Assembly: GCA_965198005.1 (NCBI GenBank)
Contig: CBDAOI010000002.1
Span: 320,001-384,000 of the forward strand
Origin: Spirochaetia bacterium
Lineage (GTDB): Bacteria; Spirochaetota; Spirochaetia; SZUA-6; Bin103
Direction of reading: 5' to 3'
DNA: 64,000 nucleotides
The notes under the pieces were generated by a model that was given only the letters and a program-made list of their open reading frames with translations, was not told where the DNA came from and made no database searches. A program made the translations under genes and the position numbers. Of the stretch, positions 1 through 10,722 are shown in pieces. Positions within the stretch are counted from its first letter, which is position 1, and each line of letters starts with the position of its first letter.

Positions 1-1512
1 CAGGCCGGCTATCCGGCCTTGCGGCTGGCCGGTCAGGGGGCGCCACGTGACGACGCTGCCGGCTATCGGTGGCTGGATCGGATGCACGGCTTCTTTCCGC
101 AGTTTCTGGCCGGGTTCGGCCAGGGGATTCCCGAAACCTGGGAACGTCACTATCTGCTGTTCCAGGGCCTCGGGTCGTTCCTGATCGTGCCCGAACCGGC
201 ATATCTGATCGGTTTGATCATCGTGCTCTCAATCGCGGTCAGCTACGCGTTCGTGGTACCGCACCGGTTTGTGCGCTACCTCTGGCTGGTTCGCACGGAC
301 GGCTGGCGCATCGTCCTGATCGCGGCACTCACCTTCGGTGCGTTGAGCGGTGGCACCGCGATCCTCAAGCTGCTGCTGGAAGTGCGCGGCATTCCCACGC
401 TGTGGGAGGTTGCGCCGGTGCTGCTACTCACGCTGAAGGGCGCCATCGCCCTGCTGCTGGTATGCGCACTGATACGACTACCCTGGTGGCGGCGGTTCCC
501 GGTGCTCGGGTTCGCGCCGGTCGGCGGGTTTTACGGCGCCGCGGCAATTCTGGTACTGATACTCGAGTTGATGGCCAGCGCAGGCATCAACATCACGCTT
601 ACGTTCTACTTTGCCTGGGCGTTCGGGTGTGCCCTGCTGGCAAGTCTGGCACGCAACCGCTGGGTGAAGTTGATCTGGATCGCGCTGGCGCCGTACTGGA
701 TCGCGCGCGCGGTCGGCGGCCTGGTTCTGTTGCCGGTGTTGCCGTTCGTGCAGACGGTCCTGCTCTCCACCGTGAACGGCGACCTGGTCTCGACCGTAGT
801 ACTGCTGCCATTCGTGCTGCTGGTGATGCGCGCCGTGCACGGGTTCGTCGACCATCGCCGCGACCCGCGGGCGGCGTACCGCTACCCGCTCTGGCTGATC
901 GGGGCCATATCGGGGCTGGCCCTGGTCGTAGTGGGCTCCGGCTCAGCGATTCTGACGATCAATCCCTACGGCCCGGGACGCGAGCAACCCCTGAGCGCGC
1001 GCACGGTGATCGATCAGGATACCCGTTCCGGCGCGCTCACGCTGTCGAGTCCGGCACCGATCGGCTGGGTGGAGGTCACGTTCGCCGGCACCGGGCGCTC
1101 GCTCAACACCCGTGAACGGGCGTTGACGATGCCGCTGGAACCGGTCTCCGACCTCGTGCGGTTCGAGGAGTGGTCGACCGGTGCGCTGGGCGGACGCAGC
1201 ATCGCCATCACGTTCATGCCGGAGGGCACACCCAACGCCATTCTGCTGACCCTGGATTCCAGCGACAGGTTCGACCTGCTGGAGGCCAACTATCCGTTTC
1301 ACCGGCGCGGCGCGGGCAGCTATGAGATCCTGGTGGGAGCCCGCCCACCCAACCCACTGGCCATCGAACTGACCGTGCCGCACGACCTGATGTTGGCGCT
1401 GCATTACGCGGTCGACTACGATCGATCGCCGCTGGAACTCACCATCGAAAGTCCCCGGAAAGAAATCACCAGCTCGTTGCGGGTGGCGGGCTCGATCGCT
1501 ATTTCGACCTGA
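1..1512 (+). CDS. Multi-pass membrane protein, 5'-truncated by the window (possibly the C-terminal part of an M28-peptidase-like membrane protein)
   Basis: Frame is open from base 1. About 9 hydrophobic segments are followed by a soluble C-terminal domain. The family guess is weak. Confidence 0.6.
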   Translation, partial: QAGYPALRLAGQGAPRDDAAGYRWLDRMHGFFPQFLAGFGQGIPETWERHYLLFQGLGSFLIVPEPAYLIGLIIVLSIAVSYAFVVPHRFVRYLWLVRTDGWRIVLIAALTFGALSGGTAILKLLLEVRGIPTLWEVAPVLLLTLKGAIALLLVCALIRLPWWRRFPVLGFAPVGGFYGAAAILVLILELMASAGINITLTFYFAWAFGCALLASLARNRWVKLIWIALAPYWIARAVGGLVLLPVLPFVQTVLLSTVNGDLVSTVVLLPFVLLVMRAVHGFVDHRRDPRAAYRYPLWLIGAISGLALVVVGSGSAILTINPYGPGREQPLSARTVIDQDTRSGALTLSSPAPIGWVEVTFAGTGRSLNTRERALTMPLEPVSDLVRFEEWSTGALGGRSIAITFMPEGTPNAILLTLDSSDRFDLLEANYPFHRRGAGSYEILVGARPPNPLAIELTVPHDLMLALHYAVDYDRSPLELTIESPRKEITSSLRVAGSIAIST

Positions 1513-1525
1513 TTGGCTGATTCGG

Positions 1526-2254
1526 TCAGGCGCGGGCGGCTGCTTCGGTCACGTAGCTGCCGTCCAACCCGTCGACGGCACGCACCGAGTCCAGCGATCG
1601 TTCCGCCTCCAGCCGGGTGGCGTATGGCCCCACCCGTACCCGGTAGAACACTTCGCTGTCCGTCTCGCGGATCGTGATCCGGTTGTTCAGCCCCTGGCGG
1701 CTCAACTGTTCGCCAAGGGCCAGAGCGCGGCCGTGGCTGACGAAGCTCCCCACCTGGATCCAGAACGGCTTGAGCGGGAGCTGCGCGCGCGCGGGTTCCG
1801 GAGCCGGCGCCGCCTGCTCGACCGGTCTGGGTGCCGGCAGCGCCGCCTTGGGCGACTGGACCTCGGCGGCAGGCGAGCGAGCGTCCCTGCGCGGCGCAGG
1901 AGCGGGCGCCGGAGCAGGAGCGGACGCCGGAGCAGCCTCCTGCCGCGGCGCCGGCTCGGTCGCCACCGCGTTCCGCGACTCCTGCGGGCGGCCAGCTTCC
2001 GGCGCAGCCGCGTCGGCGGTCACTGCGTCCGCCACCACCGGCGCCCCGACCGCCACGGTCGGCTGCACCGGGGTGGACTGGTCGCTGACGTACTCGAACA
2101 TCTCGGACGGGCGGGCCAGCGGGCGCCACGGGTCGCCGCCGGCGCGGGTCACGGCGGCAGCCGGCCGCAGCCAATACAGGCCGCCCGCGAGCACCACCAC
2201 CAGCAGCACGCTGGCACCTGCCACCACTCCCCAGAGCCGATAGCGCAGATCCAT
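1526..2254 (-). CDS. SPOR-domain cell division protein (FtsN/DedD-like)
   Basis: N-terminal TM helix, Pro/Ala linker, C-terminal SPOR signature FWIQVGSF...YRVRVGPY. Confidence 0.88.
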   Translation of the reverse strand: MDLRYRLWGVVAGASVLLVVVLAGGLYWLRPAAAVTRAGGDPWRPLARPSEMFEYVSDQSTPVQPTVAVGAPVVADAVTADAAAPEAGRPQESRNAVATEPAPRQEAAPASAPAPAPAPAPRRDARSPAAEVQSPKAALPAPRPVEQAAPAPEPARAQLPLKPFWIQVGSFVSHGRALALGEQLSRQGLNNRITIRETDSEVFYRVRVGPYATRLEAERSLDSVRAVDGLDGSYVTEAAARA

Positions 2255-2323
2255 TACCGTTTCAATATCGACCGGCCACGCGCGCGACTTGACCGCCGGC
2301 CCCGGCGCACCGCCGCGCCGGCC

Positions 2324-3808
2324 TCAGGCCGCGAACGACCGTGCCAACTCGGTGCGGGCCTCGGCCGGGAACTCAACTCCGGTGAACAGCCGGAACTGTT
2401 CGTACGCCTGACCGAGCAGCATGGCGCTGCCGCCAATCGTGCGGCATCCGGCCGCGCGCGCCCGCCGCAGGAGCGGAGTGACCGGCGGGGTATAGACGAT
2501 GTCGTATACGATTTCCCTTCCGGTCAGCGGAACCGCCGCCAGCGGGTCGTGCGCACCCGGTGCCGCATCCATACCGAGGCTGGTGGCCTGGACGATCAGG
2601 TCGTGGTGGCCGGCGATCCGCGCGGCGAGCTCTTCGGCCTCCAGCGCGACGAACGCGGCGCCCAGCTCATGCGCCAGCCGCCGGCCCCGCGCCCGGCTCC
2701 GATTGGCGATCAACACCGTGACGCCGGCCTCGCGCAGGGCCCAGACGATGGCCCGCGCGGCTCCCCCCGCCCCGATCACGGTCGCCCGCCGGATCGGTCC
2801 GACGGCCCGCAGCGGGGCCATGAAGCCGGACGCATCGGTGTTGTATCCGACCCACCCGCCCGGCTCGCGAACCAGGGTGTTGCACGCGCCCATCGCCTCC
2901 ACCGCGCGCTCGGCGCGCGCCAGCAGCGGCACCACGGCCTGCTTGTGCGGCAGCGTCACCGACAGGCCGCGCACGCCCAAGGCCGGCGCCAGCCGCAGAA
3001 ACCCGGCTACCGTATCGACCCGGAACGGCAGGTACACTCCGTCGCGTGCGGCCGCCGCCAGACCGCAGTTGTGCACCTCGGGCGACCGCGAGTGCTCCAC
3101 CGGATTGCCGATTACGCCAAACACGGGCGTGTCCGGCGTAATCTCCCGGAACCGGTAGCGCCCGTTCAAGGCAACCGGATCCAGATGACCGGGAGCGGCG
3201 CTGGGCTGGCCGGCGGCGGAGGTGAACGTGAGCCAGCAGCCGAGCCGTGCCGCCAGCACCCGCGTGGCGGTGCCGTAGTCGCCCATTCCCAACACGATGC
3301 GGGGGGTGCGGACGGCACCGGCCGCGGCCACGATCCGGGCCAGATCCGCGACCCCGGACGGGGTCACCGCCAGCTTGGCGATTTCGCCGGGTCTCCGGGA
3401 CAGCCAGCGCAACAGCGACTCCAGGTGGGGCGGAGTGGCGCGGGTATCGTGGAATGAGCGGATTACGCGCGGGCCGCCGCGCGGAACCGGCACCGCGTCC
3501 GCCGGCAGGTCACCCTCCAGGTCCAGGTACCGAAACCGTCCGGCCGCCGCGCGCCGCAGCAACCGCCGCCGCGGGCGCTCGCCGCACGGCCAGCGGCCCC
3601 CGTCGCGGGCGCGCCGTATCGTGCAGATCGCCGGCAGCGGACACGCGCGCGCAAAGCCGTCGATCCCTCCCCACTGGCTGGGGGCGAGCAGGTCCACGCG
3701 CAACTCCACCAAGTCCACAAGGCCGCGGTACCGGCTCACCAGAGCCAGGTTCCCGGCCAGCGTGGACGCGGTGAGCGCCAGGCACAGGAGCGGCTGCGCC
3801 CCGGCCAC
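2324..3808 (-). CDS. aroDE: Bifunctional type I 3-dehydroquinate dehydratase / shikimate dehydrogenase
   Basis: DLVELRVD, SFHD and AKLA (AroD); GNPVEHSRSP, SVTLPHK, NTD and GAGGAA (AroE). GTG start just after the LysM gene stop. Confidence 0.92.
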   Translation of the reverse strand: MAGAQPLLCLALTASTLAGNLALVSRYRGLVDLVELRVDLLAPSQWGGIDGFARACPLPAICTIRRARDGGRWPCGERPRRRLLRRAAAGRFRYLDLEGDLPADAVPVPRGGPRVIRSFHDTRATPPHLESLLRWLSRRPGEIAKLAVTPSGVADLARIVAAAGAVRTPRIVLGMGDYGTATRVLAARLGCWLTFTSAAGQPSAAPGHLDPVALNGRYRFREITPDTPVFGVIGNPVEHSRSPEVHNCGLAAAARDGVYLPFRVDTVAGFLRLAPALGVRGLSVTLPHKQAVVPLLARAERAVEAMGACNTLVREPGGWVGYNTDASGFMAPLRAVGPIRRATVIGAGGAARAIVWALREAGVTVLIANRSRARGRRLAHELGAAFVALEAEELAARIAGHHDLIVQATSLGMDAAPGAHDPLAAVPLTGREIVYDIVYTPPVTPLLRRARAAGCRTIGGSAMLLGQAYEQFRLFTGVEFPAEARTELARSFAA

Positions 3809-3810
3809 TG

Positions 3811-5160
3811 CTACTGGCCCGCGGGTCCCCTGGTCGCCTTCTCTTCCTCCGTTACCGGCGGAATCACCAGCTCCCAACCGGGAAAGATCAGGTCGGGGTC
3901 CTGGATCAGCTTGCGGTTGCGATGGAAGATCTTGGGCCACAGCCACGGGTTGCCATAGATGAAGTCGTACTCGGCAATCCGCCACAACGACTCGCGCCGG
4001 TCGGGAATGAGACGCACGGTATACACCGTCAGCACCGCCAGACCGGTATATGCCTGGACGTGGAGCCGCGCCTCTTCGAAGTAGGCCACCGCGGTGGCCG
4101 GATCGCCGGCCGCGCGCTCCGCCACGCCGGTCTTCCACAGCTCCTTGGCCCGCTCCAGCAGCAGATGCTGCGGCACCTGGTCGACCCCGCCCGCGCCGGC
4201 GTCCGGCGCCATGCCGCCGGCGGCCATCTCCAGCGCCTGCGCGCCATCCCACGGTTGCGGTTCCACCATCACGCCGTCGTCGGCGACGATGGAAAGCTGG
4301 GAGGCGGCTTCGATTTCCCGCATTACCGCGCGCATCAGCTCCTCGGCGTCGCCCCCGGTCAGGTCCGGCGACTCCATCCTGGCGCTGTCCAGGGCGGTGG
4401 CCGCGGCGGCGCCCGCGGCCTGGAAACTGGCGACGGCGTCCGACAGGTCGTAGCGGTTCATGGCCTCCTTACCGGCCTGGAGGCTCGCTTCCGCCTCGCG
4501 GAACCGCTCGCCGGCCAGCAGATGGGCGTCGGCCGCACGCGCCTCGTCCAGCAGATCCATGGCCGAGCCTTCCAGCTCCGTGATCCGCGTAAGCTGCCCC
4601 TCCACCCGGTTGTACAGCAACTCCATGCGTCCGATCAGGTCCAGAGCCGCAGCGCGCGCCTCGCCCAGCGATTCCTGCTGCAACATCGCCGAAGCCCGCT
4701 GGACGTCCTGCTCCACGGTCGCGTACTCGGCCGGCGCGTAGAGGTCTACGCTCAAGCCGCGCAGGCGCCACAGCCAGTCCTCGATCTCCAGCAGAAGCTG
4801 TTCCACCGCCGCCAGACGGTACGCTTGGTCCGCGAACTCGAGCGCCCGGTTTGCCGCGGACAGCGCCCGCTCGGGATCGCGCGCACTCCAGGTCTCCGCC
4901 TCCGTCAATGCGTTGCGGGCTTCCCGCAGGTTCTCGGGGTCGTGAAACTCGGCGTCGGCCTCTTCCGCCCGCACCACGGCAGCCCGGGCATTGCCCAGTT
5001 GCCGGTTCAACTCCTCCGGCGCCACCTCGGCCGATGCCTCCGGGGCGCCCTCGGGACCCACGTCGTACATCTCCTCGGACACGGGCGCAGGATCGCTGCG
5101 GCAGTAGACCAACAGCACCGAAAAGAGAACGACTATCAATAACTTGCACCGCTTCATCAT
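3811..5160 (-). CDS. LysM-domain lipoprotein with helical repeats (spirochaete type)
   Basis: Lipobox LLVY-C; C-terminal YTVRLIPDRRESLWRIA...NPWLWPKIFHRN...DPDLIFPGWELVIP; SD GGAG. Confidence 0.85.
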   Translation of the reverse strand: MMKRCKLLIVVLFSVLLVYCRSDPAPVSEEMYDVGPEGAPEASAEVAPEELNRQLGNARAAVVRAEEADAEFHDPENLREARNALTEAETWSARDPERALSAANRALEFADQAYRLAAVEQLLLEIEDWLWRLRGLSVDLYAPAEYATVEQDVQRASAMLQQESLGEARAAALDLIGRMELLYNRVEGQLTRITELEGSAMDLLDEARAADAHLLAGERFREAEASLQAGKEAMNRYDLSDAVASFQAAGAAAATALDSARMESPDLTGGDAEELMRAVMREIEAASQLSIVADDGVMVEPQPWDGAQALEMAAGGMAPDAGAGGVDQVPQHLLLERAKELWKTGVAERAAGDPATAVAYFEEARLHVQAYTGLAVLTVYTVRLIPDRRESLWRIAEYDFIYGNPWLWPKIFHRNRKLIQDPDLIFPGWELVIPPVTEEEKATRGPAGQ

Positions 5161-5203
5161 CGGTACTCCCTGTTCTTGCAGCCCGCCAGGGCCGCGATCG
5201 TGC

Positions 5204-6319
5204 TTATGCGCGGACACCGCTCGGTTGGGCGACGGCGGCTTCCGTATCCTGGTCGAAGACATGGAGCTTGCTTACGTCGGGATGCAAATTGACTTCCTCG
5301 CCCACGTGAAAGTCGTGCCGCGGAGGTACGCGGACAATGATCCGGTTGTGCGCGGTGCTCGCATACACGTGGATTTCGGCCCCCAGCGGCTCCACCACCT
5401 CGACCCGCGCGCTGATGTTGTTGCGGCTCGCGGGTTGCTCGTCGTACACCAGATCTTCCGGCCGGATTCCGAACAACACCTCTTTGCCGACGTACGGCCG
5501 CAGGCTCTCGATCATCGCCGTTTCGGGCTGAATCCGGAACTCACCCTCGTCAATGATGACCCCCCCGTTGGACTCGACGATGCTGGCACTCATCAGGTTC
5601 ATCGGCGGGGAGCCGATGAAGCCGGCCACGAATCGGTTGTCCGGCTTGTTGTAAAGCCCCAGCGGCGTCCCGATCTGCTGCACCAGCCCGTCGCGCATCA
5701 CGACGATTCGGTCGCCCATGGTCATCGCCTCCACCTGGTCGTGCGTGACGTAGATCATGGTCGCCTGCAGACGTGAGTGCAGCGAGGAGATCTCGGCCCG
5801 CATCTGCACCCGGAGCTTGGCGTCGAGATTCGAGAGTGGTTCGTCGAACAGGAACACCTTGGGCTTGCGCACGATCGCCCGGCCCACCGCAACCCGCTGC
5901 CGCTGGCCGCCGGACAGCGCCTTCGGCTTGCGTTCGAGCAGCTCCTCGAGGTCGAGGATACCGGCCGCCTCGTGCACCCGGACGTCGATCTCCTGCTTCG
6001 GGTATTTCCGAATCTTCAGCCCGAACGCCATGTTCTCGTACACGGACATGTGCGGGTAGAGCGCGTAGTTCTGGAACACCATTGCAATGTCGCGATCCTT
6101 GGGAGCCACGTCGTTCATGACCTTGCCGTCGATGAGCAGGTCGCCGGAGGTAATCTCCTCGAGCCCCGCGATCATGCGCAGCGTGGTTGACTTGCCACAG
6201 CCCGAGGGGCCGACCAGGACCACGAATTCCTTGTCATCGACCGCGATGTTGGCGGCGTCAACGGCCTTGACCCCGCCTTCGTAGACCTTGGTGACGTTCT
6301 CAAGCTCGACGTTAGCCAT
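5204..6319 (-). CDS. ugpC: Sugar ABC transporter ATP-binding protein (MalK/MsmX/UgpC family)
   Basis: GPSGCGKST, LSGGQRQR, DEPLSNLD, VTHDQVEAM, C-terminal TOBE domain. Confidence 0.93.
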   Translation of the reverse strand: MANVELENVTKVYEGGVKAVDAANIAVDDKEFVVLVGPSGCGKSTTLRMIAGLEEITSGDLLIDGKVMNDVAPKDRDIAMVFQNYALYPHMSVYENMAFGLKIRKYPKQEIDVRVHEAAGILDLEELLERKPKALSGGQRQRVAVGRAIVRKPKVFLFDEPLSNLDAKLRVQMRAEISSLHSRLQATMIYVTHDQVEAMTMGDRIVVMRDGLVQQIGTPLGLYNKPDNRFVAGFIGSPPMNLMSASIVESNGGVIIDEGEFRIQPETAMIESLRPYVGKEVLFGIRPEDLVYDEQPASRNNISARVEVVEPLGAEIHVYASTAHNRIIVRVPPRHDFHVGEEVNLHPDVSKLHVFDQDTEAAVAQPSGVRA

Positions 6320-6410
6320 CTGCGTCCTTCGTGCCGGCTGCAAGACACGGCACCTTATCCTACTCTCCCCACGCTTCCCCCCCAGGCTGAAATGAACGGG
6401 GAGCTACAAG

Positions 6411-7724
6411 TTATCTGAAACCGGACTGCACTGTCAAACGGAGAGCATCCTCCCGCCACGCCCGAACCGCCGCGGTCAGTCCCGGCGCGGTGCTCGGCGG
6501 GATGCCGCCGGCGGCGACCGCCGCGCGCATCCAGGGCCACACCACCTGCTGCTTTGCCTGATTCCAGCCGGGGGGCGTGGACGCCGGGACGCGCAGCAGC
6601 TCCGCGTCCGGCAGCCGGCCGATCAGGAACTCCTGGTAGCGTGGCAGGGTAAGCTCGCTGACCCCGCGCAGGGCCGGAAAGCCGCCGGCGAGCCCGAACA
6701 CCCGCAGGCGCTTGAGCGTGGCCGTGGCCAACAGTCGGGCCTGCACCTGCGGCTGAAAGATCCAGCTCAGAAAGCGACGCGCGCCGGCGGGGTTGGACGC
6801 CGCCGCCGGGATCGCGAACGAGCGGTAGCTGTCGATCACGGGAACGCGCCCGTCCACCGCCAACCAGCGGAAGTCGAGTTGCGCCCGCTTGCGCTCCGGG
6901 ATGAGATGGAAGCTGACGACGTCGCTCAGGTACATGCGGATCCGACCTTCGAGCACCAGCGCGTAGAACGGTTGATGAAAGTAGGTGCTCTGAAACTGGT
7001 CATCCGGCGCGATGCCGCCGTGGCTCAGGTTGATCCAGTCGTGGGCAACCGCCAGCGCCGCCTGCACCGCCGACTCGTCGATCACCACCTGGCCGCCGCC
7101 GGTGGACGCGAACCCGCCCCCGCGCGCCGCCGCCAAGTAGTAGACCAGTTCCATGTTCCACAGCGGCGAGAATCCGATCCTGGTCGGCCGCGCCGGCGGC
7201 CCGGCAACGTACTCCCGGCCGAGTGCCCGCAACTCCTCCACGCTGATCACGAACTGATTGAGATCGGCCGGCACGGCATCCCGCGCAAACACGATCACGG
7301 GCAGGTTGAAGGCAAACGGCAGACTCGTCTGGCGCTGCCCGGCCATGCCCTGCGCCAGCAGCTCGGGATAGAACGCCGTTGCCTCGAGACGGTCGCGCAG
7401 CAGCTCGTCGAGTGGTGCCAGCAGGCCGGTCAGCTCGGGGCTGGCCAGCCAGGAGCCGAGCACCAGATCCGGCGCCTCGAACTCCGGGAGCGCCGTGCCG
7501 CGCAGCAGCTCCCGGGCCGGCTCCTCGACGTGGATCAGCTCAACCTTGACCGGGGCGTCGCTCGCGTTGAAGGTCTCGACGTACGCGGCCAGCTCCGCGC
7601 GATCGCTCCACAGCACCACGATCGACGGCAGCCGGGCGCAGCCGGACAGGGCACAGGCCGCGAGCGCCACGAGTGCCACGCGAGCCAGCGTGGGCGCGCT
7701 CCTGCGCCGCAACCGGCGACCCAC
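6411..7724 (-). CDS. ABC transporter extracellular solute-binding lipoprotein
   Basis: Lipobox ALSG-C; family-1 SBP-like motifs (LPFAFNLPVIVF, NPAGARRFLSW). Confidence 0.75.
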   Translation of the reverse strand: MGRRLRRRSAPTLARVALVALAACALSGCARLPSIVVLWSDRAELAAYVETFNASDAPVKVELIHVEEPARELLRGTALPEFEAPDLVLGSWLASPELTGLLAPLDELLRDRLEATAFYPELLAQGMAGQRQTSLPFAFNLPVIVFARDAVPADLNQFVISVEELRALGREYVAGPPARPTRIGFSPLWNMELVYYLAAARGGGFASTGGGQVVIDESAVQAALAVAHDWINLSHGGIAPDDQFQSTYFHQPFYALVLEGRIRMYLSDVVSFHLIPERKRAQLDFRWLAVDGRVPVIDSYRSFAIPAAASNPAGARRFLSWIFQPQVQARLLATATLKRLRVFGLAGGFPALRGVSELTLPRYQEFLIGRLPDAELLRVPASTPPGWNQAKQQVVWPWMRAAVAAGGIPPSTAPGLTAAVRAWREDALRLTVQSGFR

Positions 7725-7758
7725 GGTCCGCGACCGATTTCCCAGCGCCCCGAAACCG

Positions 7759-9054
7759 CTACCGGGCCAGCGCGGCGGCCGCGGCGTAGATCTCCGCGAA
7801 CAGCGCCTCCAGATCGTCCAGCGCTACGGTGGAGTACGCGACCCGCAGGTAGTCATCTCCCACCGAGATGGTGCCGATGCCGCGCCCGTGCAGCAACTCG
7901 AGGCGCAACGCCTCGGCCTTGCCTCCTACCACTCGCAGGGTGAGGAAGTACCCGGAGTTGAACGGCAGCGGTTGCAGCGACCCGTCCGGCGCCGCCCGGG
8001 CGGCGAGGAGCTCGCGCACCCGCCGGTAGCGGGCGGCGACCGCTTCCAGGTTGGCTGCCCGCTCGGCCTGGTAGGTGCCGGACCGCATGGAACGGAGAAT
8101 CAGGTTCTGGGCCAACGTGTTGGAACTGGAAACCGATGAGCGCACGGCTCCCATCACCTTCCGCTCCAGGGCCGCGAACTGCTCGTCCGTGACGCCGGGT
8201 GCCCCGAACGTCAGGAAGCCGACGCGAAATCCCCACACGTAGCTCTCCTTGGTCGCGCCGTCCACCTTGACCGCGAGGATCCGGCGATGCGCGTTGCTCA
8301 GCCGGGCGAACAGCGACTCCCGATAGCTCGCGGGGTCGTAGAACAACCCGAAGTACGCGTCGTCGCAGATCACGACCTGCCGGAGGCCGCGCCGAGCGTG
8401 GTGCAGCAACACCTCCAGCAGGCGCTCGACTTCCGCCTGAGCCGGGGTGTAGCCGGTGGGATTGTTGGGGAAGTTCAGCAGCAGCACCGCCTTGCCGCCG
8501 CCGGGCAGCCGCTCGAGCGCGGCGTCGAACGCCCCCACGTCGAGCTGCCGCGCAGCGTCGAAGAAGGGCACCGTCTCCAGCACCGCGCCCCGCCGCTCTT
8601 CCATTATGAGGCGGTAGTTGCCCCAGAACATGTCCGGCACCAGCACCCGGTCGCCGCGGTCCACCAGCAGATCGGCGGCCACGGCGATCCCGTGCGTCAG
8701 GCCGGCGGTCACCAGCGGCAGCGACACCGGGCCGGTGAGGCCGGGGTTCTTCTGTTTCATCTCCGCCAGCCAGCAGGTGCGCAACTCCGGAAGTCCCCCG
8801 GTCGGGGCGTAGGCGAAGATCTGGTCCGGCTCCAGCTCCGGCACCAGCCGCCGGATACTGTCCAGAAACAGCGGCGTCCGGCCGTCGGTGGCGATGCCCA
8901 CGGTAGCGTCGAACCGATGCGCGTGCTTGGCGGCCTCCGCGGTCTGCGCCACCACCCCGCGCGGGAAGTACAGGCGGCGCCCCAGGTCGGACAGCAGCGG
9001 CGCGATTTCAGTGTCGGCGAGGGTCTGGTTGAGCTGTGCGGCGAGTGGATTCAT
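7759..9054 (-). CDS. PLP-dependent aminotransferase class I/II
   Basis: NFPNNPTG, DDAY, DGATK(PLP Lys)E..WGFRVG. Alternative start at 9066. Confidence 0.92.
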   Translation of the reverse strand: MNPLAAQLNQTLADTEIAPLLSDLGRRLYFPRGVVAQTAEAAKHAHRFDATVGIATDGRTPLFLDSIRRLVPELEPDQIFAYAPTGGLPELRTCWLAEMKQKNPGLTGPVSLPLVTAGLTHGIAVAADLLVDRGDRVLVPDMFWGNYRLIMEERRGAVLETVPFFDAARQLDVGAFDAALERLPGGGKAVLLLNFPNNPTGYTPAQAEVERLLEVLLHHARRGLRQVVICDDAYFGLFYDPASYRESLFARLSNAHRRILAVKVDGATKESYVWGFRVGFLTFGAPGVTDEQFAALERKVMGAVRSSVSSSNTLAQNLILRSMRSGTYQAERAANLEAVAARYRRVRELLAARAAPDGSLQPLPFNSGYFLTLRVVGGKAEALRLELLHGRGIGTISVGDDYLRVAYSTVALDDLEALFAEIYAAAAALAR

Positions 9055-9120
9055 GGCGCGAGTCATCGCCCTACACTGTGCGCAGAGCGGCGCGGCCTTT
9101 GTCAACGCGGCTCCGGCAAG

Positions 9121-9134
9121 CTACATTTGCGTAA
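9121..9134. promoter_or_regulatory. Candidate activator/autoregulatory site CTAC-N6-GTAA between the aminotransferase and the activator gene
   Basis: CTACATTTGCGTAA is nearly identical to the sites upstream of amtB and glnA. Confidence 0.55.
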
Positions 9135-9139
9135 CCTGT

Positions 9140-10696
9140 ATGGCGTCTCCCCTGCCATCGGCCGACGTGCGGCGCGAGGTGAGCGAGCTGGCGATGCTGT
9201 TCGAGATCAGCCGCATTCTCGACTCCAGCCTCGATCTGCGCGACGTCGTGCATCCGATCCTCGAAACGCTCGGCCGCCACCTGGGCATCCGGCTGGGCGT
9301 GCTGAGCCTGGTAAACCGCGCCACCGAACGGATCTCGATCGAGGCCGCCTACGGTCTGTCGGAGAGCCAGCAGCGGCGCGGCCGGTACAAGATCGGCGAG
9401 GGCATCACCGGCGGCGTGGTGCAATCCGGCGCGCCCGCCATCGTACCGCGCATCGCGGACGAGCCCGGCATGGTGCACCGCACCCGCGCCGCCACCAGTC
9501 CGGAGCTGGCCGACCTCTCCTTCATCTGCGTGCCGATCAAGTCGGGCAACACCGTGATCGGCTCGCTGAGCACCGACAAGCTGTTCCCGGCGCACGTACC
9601 GTTCGACGAGGACGTACGGTTGCTTTCCATTATTGCGTCGATGATCTCGCAGGCGGTAAAGCTGCGTCAGTCGGCGCAGGAGGAGCGCCGGCGGCTGCTC
9701 GAGGAGAACGACCGGTTGCAGGAGCAGTTGAAGAACCGGTTTCGGCCGAAGAATCTGATCGGCAGCTCCGAGGCGATGAACAGCGCGTTCCGGCTCGTGG
9801 GACAGGTGTCACGGAGCGATGCCACGGTGCTGATCCGGGGCGAGACCGGCACCGGCAAGGATCTGGTGGCGCAGGCGATCCACTACAACAGCGCGCGCAC
9901 GGCGAAACCGTTCATCAAGGTGAACTGCGCCGCGCTGCCCGAGTCCGTGATCGAGAGCGAGCTGTTCGGCCATGAGCGCGGGGCGTTCACCGGCGCGATC
10001 GCCACCCGCAAGGGTCGGTTCGAGCTGGCCCACGGGGGAACGCTGTTCCTGGATGAGATCGGGGACCTGACCGCGGCGACCCAGGTCAGGCTGCTGCGGG
10101 TGCTGCAGGAGCGCGAGTTCGAGCGGGTCGGCGGTACCGCCACGCTGCGCAGTGACGTGCGCGTGCTCGCCGCCACCAACCGCAACCTGGAAGAGCTGAT
10201 CGAGCGCGGCGAGTTTCGCGCCGATCTGTATTACCGGCTGAACGTGTTTCCGATTCACATCCCGCCGCTGCGCGAGCGCAAGACCGACCTGCTGCTGCTC
10301 GCAGATCACTTCGTCGCGCGCTACGGGGCCGAGAATCACAAGCACGTCAAGCGGATCACCACGCCCGCGATCGACATGCTGATGAGCTACCACTGGCCCG
10401 GCAACGTGCGCGAGCTGGAGAACTGCATCGAGCGTGCCGTCCTGCTGAGCAACGACGAGGTGATCCACGGCCACCACCTGCCGCCCACGCTGCAGACCGC
10501 CGAGGCCAGCGGCACCACTCCGCGCGGCAGCCTGCGCGGCACCGTCGACGCCATCGAACGCGAGCTGATTCAGGACGCCCTGAAGTGGGGCCGGGGCAAC
10601 CTGGCGCGCGCCGCCCGCTCGCTCGAGATCAGCGAACGGATCATGGGACTGCGCGTACGCAAGTATCGGATCGATCCCGACACCTACAAGCGCTGA
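9140..10696 (+). CDS. Sigma54-dependent transcriptional activator, NifA-like (GAF-AAA+-HTH)
   Basis: GAF (YKIGEGITG, SFICVPIK), GETGTGK, GAFTGA, WPGNVRELEN, C-terminal Fis-type HTH. Confidence 0.93.
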   Translation: MASPLPSADVRREVSELAMLFEISRILDSSLDLRDVVHPILETLGRHLGIRLGVLSLVNRATERISIEAAYGLSESQQRRGRYKIGEGITGGVVQSGAPAIVPRIADEPGMVHRTRAATSPELADLSFICVPIKSGNTVIGSLSTDKLFPAHVPFDEDVRLLSIIASMISQAVKLRQSAQEERRRLLEENDRLQEQLKNRFRPKNLIGSSEAMNSAFRLVGQVSRSDATVLIRGETGTGKDLVAQAIHYNSARTAKPFIKVNCAALPESVIESELFGHERGAFTGAIATRKGRFELAHGGTLFLDEIGDLTAATQVRLLRVLQEREFERVGGTATLRSDVRVLAATNRNLEELIERGEFRADLYYRLNVFPIHIPPLRERKTDLLLLADHFVARYGAENHKHVKRITTPAIDMLMSYHWPGNVRELENCIERAVLLSNDEVIHGHHLPPTLQTAEASGTTPRGSLRGTVDAIERELIQDALKWGRGNLARAARSLEISERIMGLRVRKYRIDPDTYKR

Positions 10697-10722
10697 CGGT
10701 GCGCCAACCGCAGCCAGAAACC

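Noticed and set aside
9140-10696. Calling the activator nifA and inferring nitrogen fixation
   Set aside because: No nif genes or TGT-N10-ACA sites were noticed; the apparent targets are assimilation genes.
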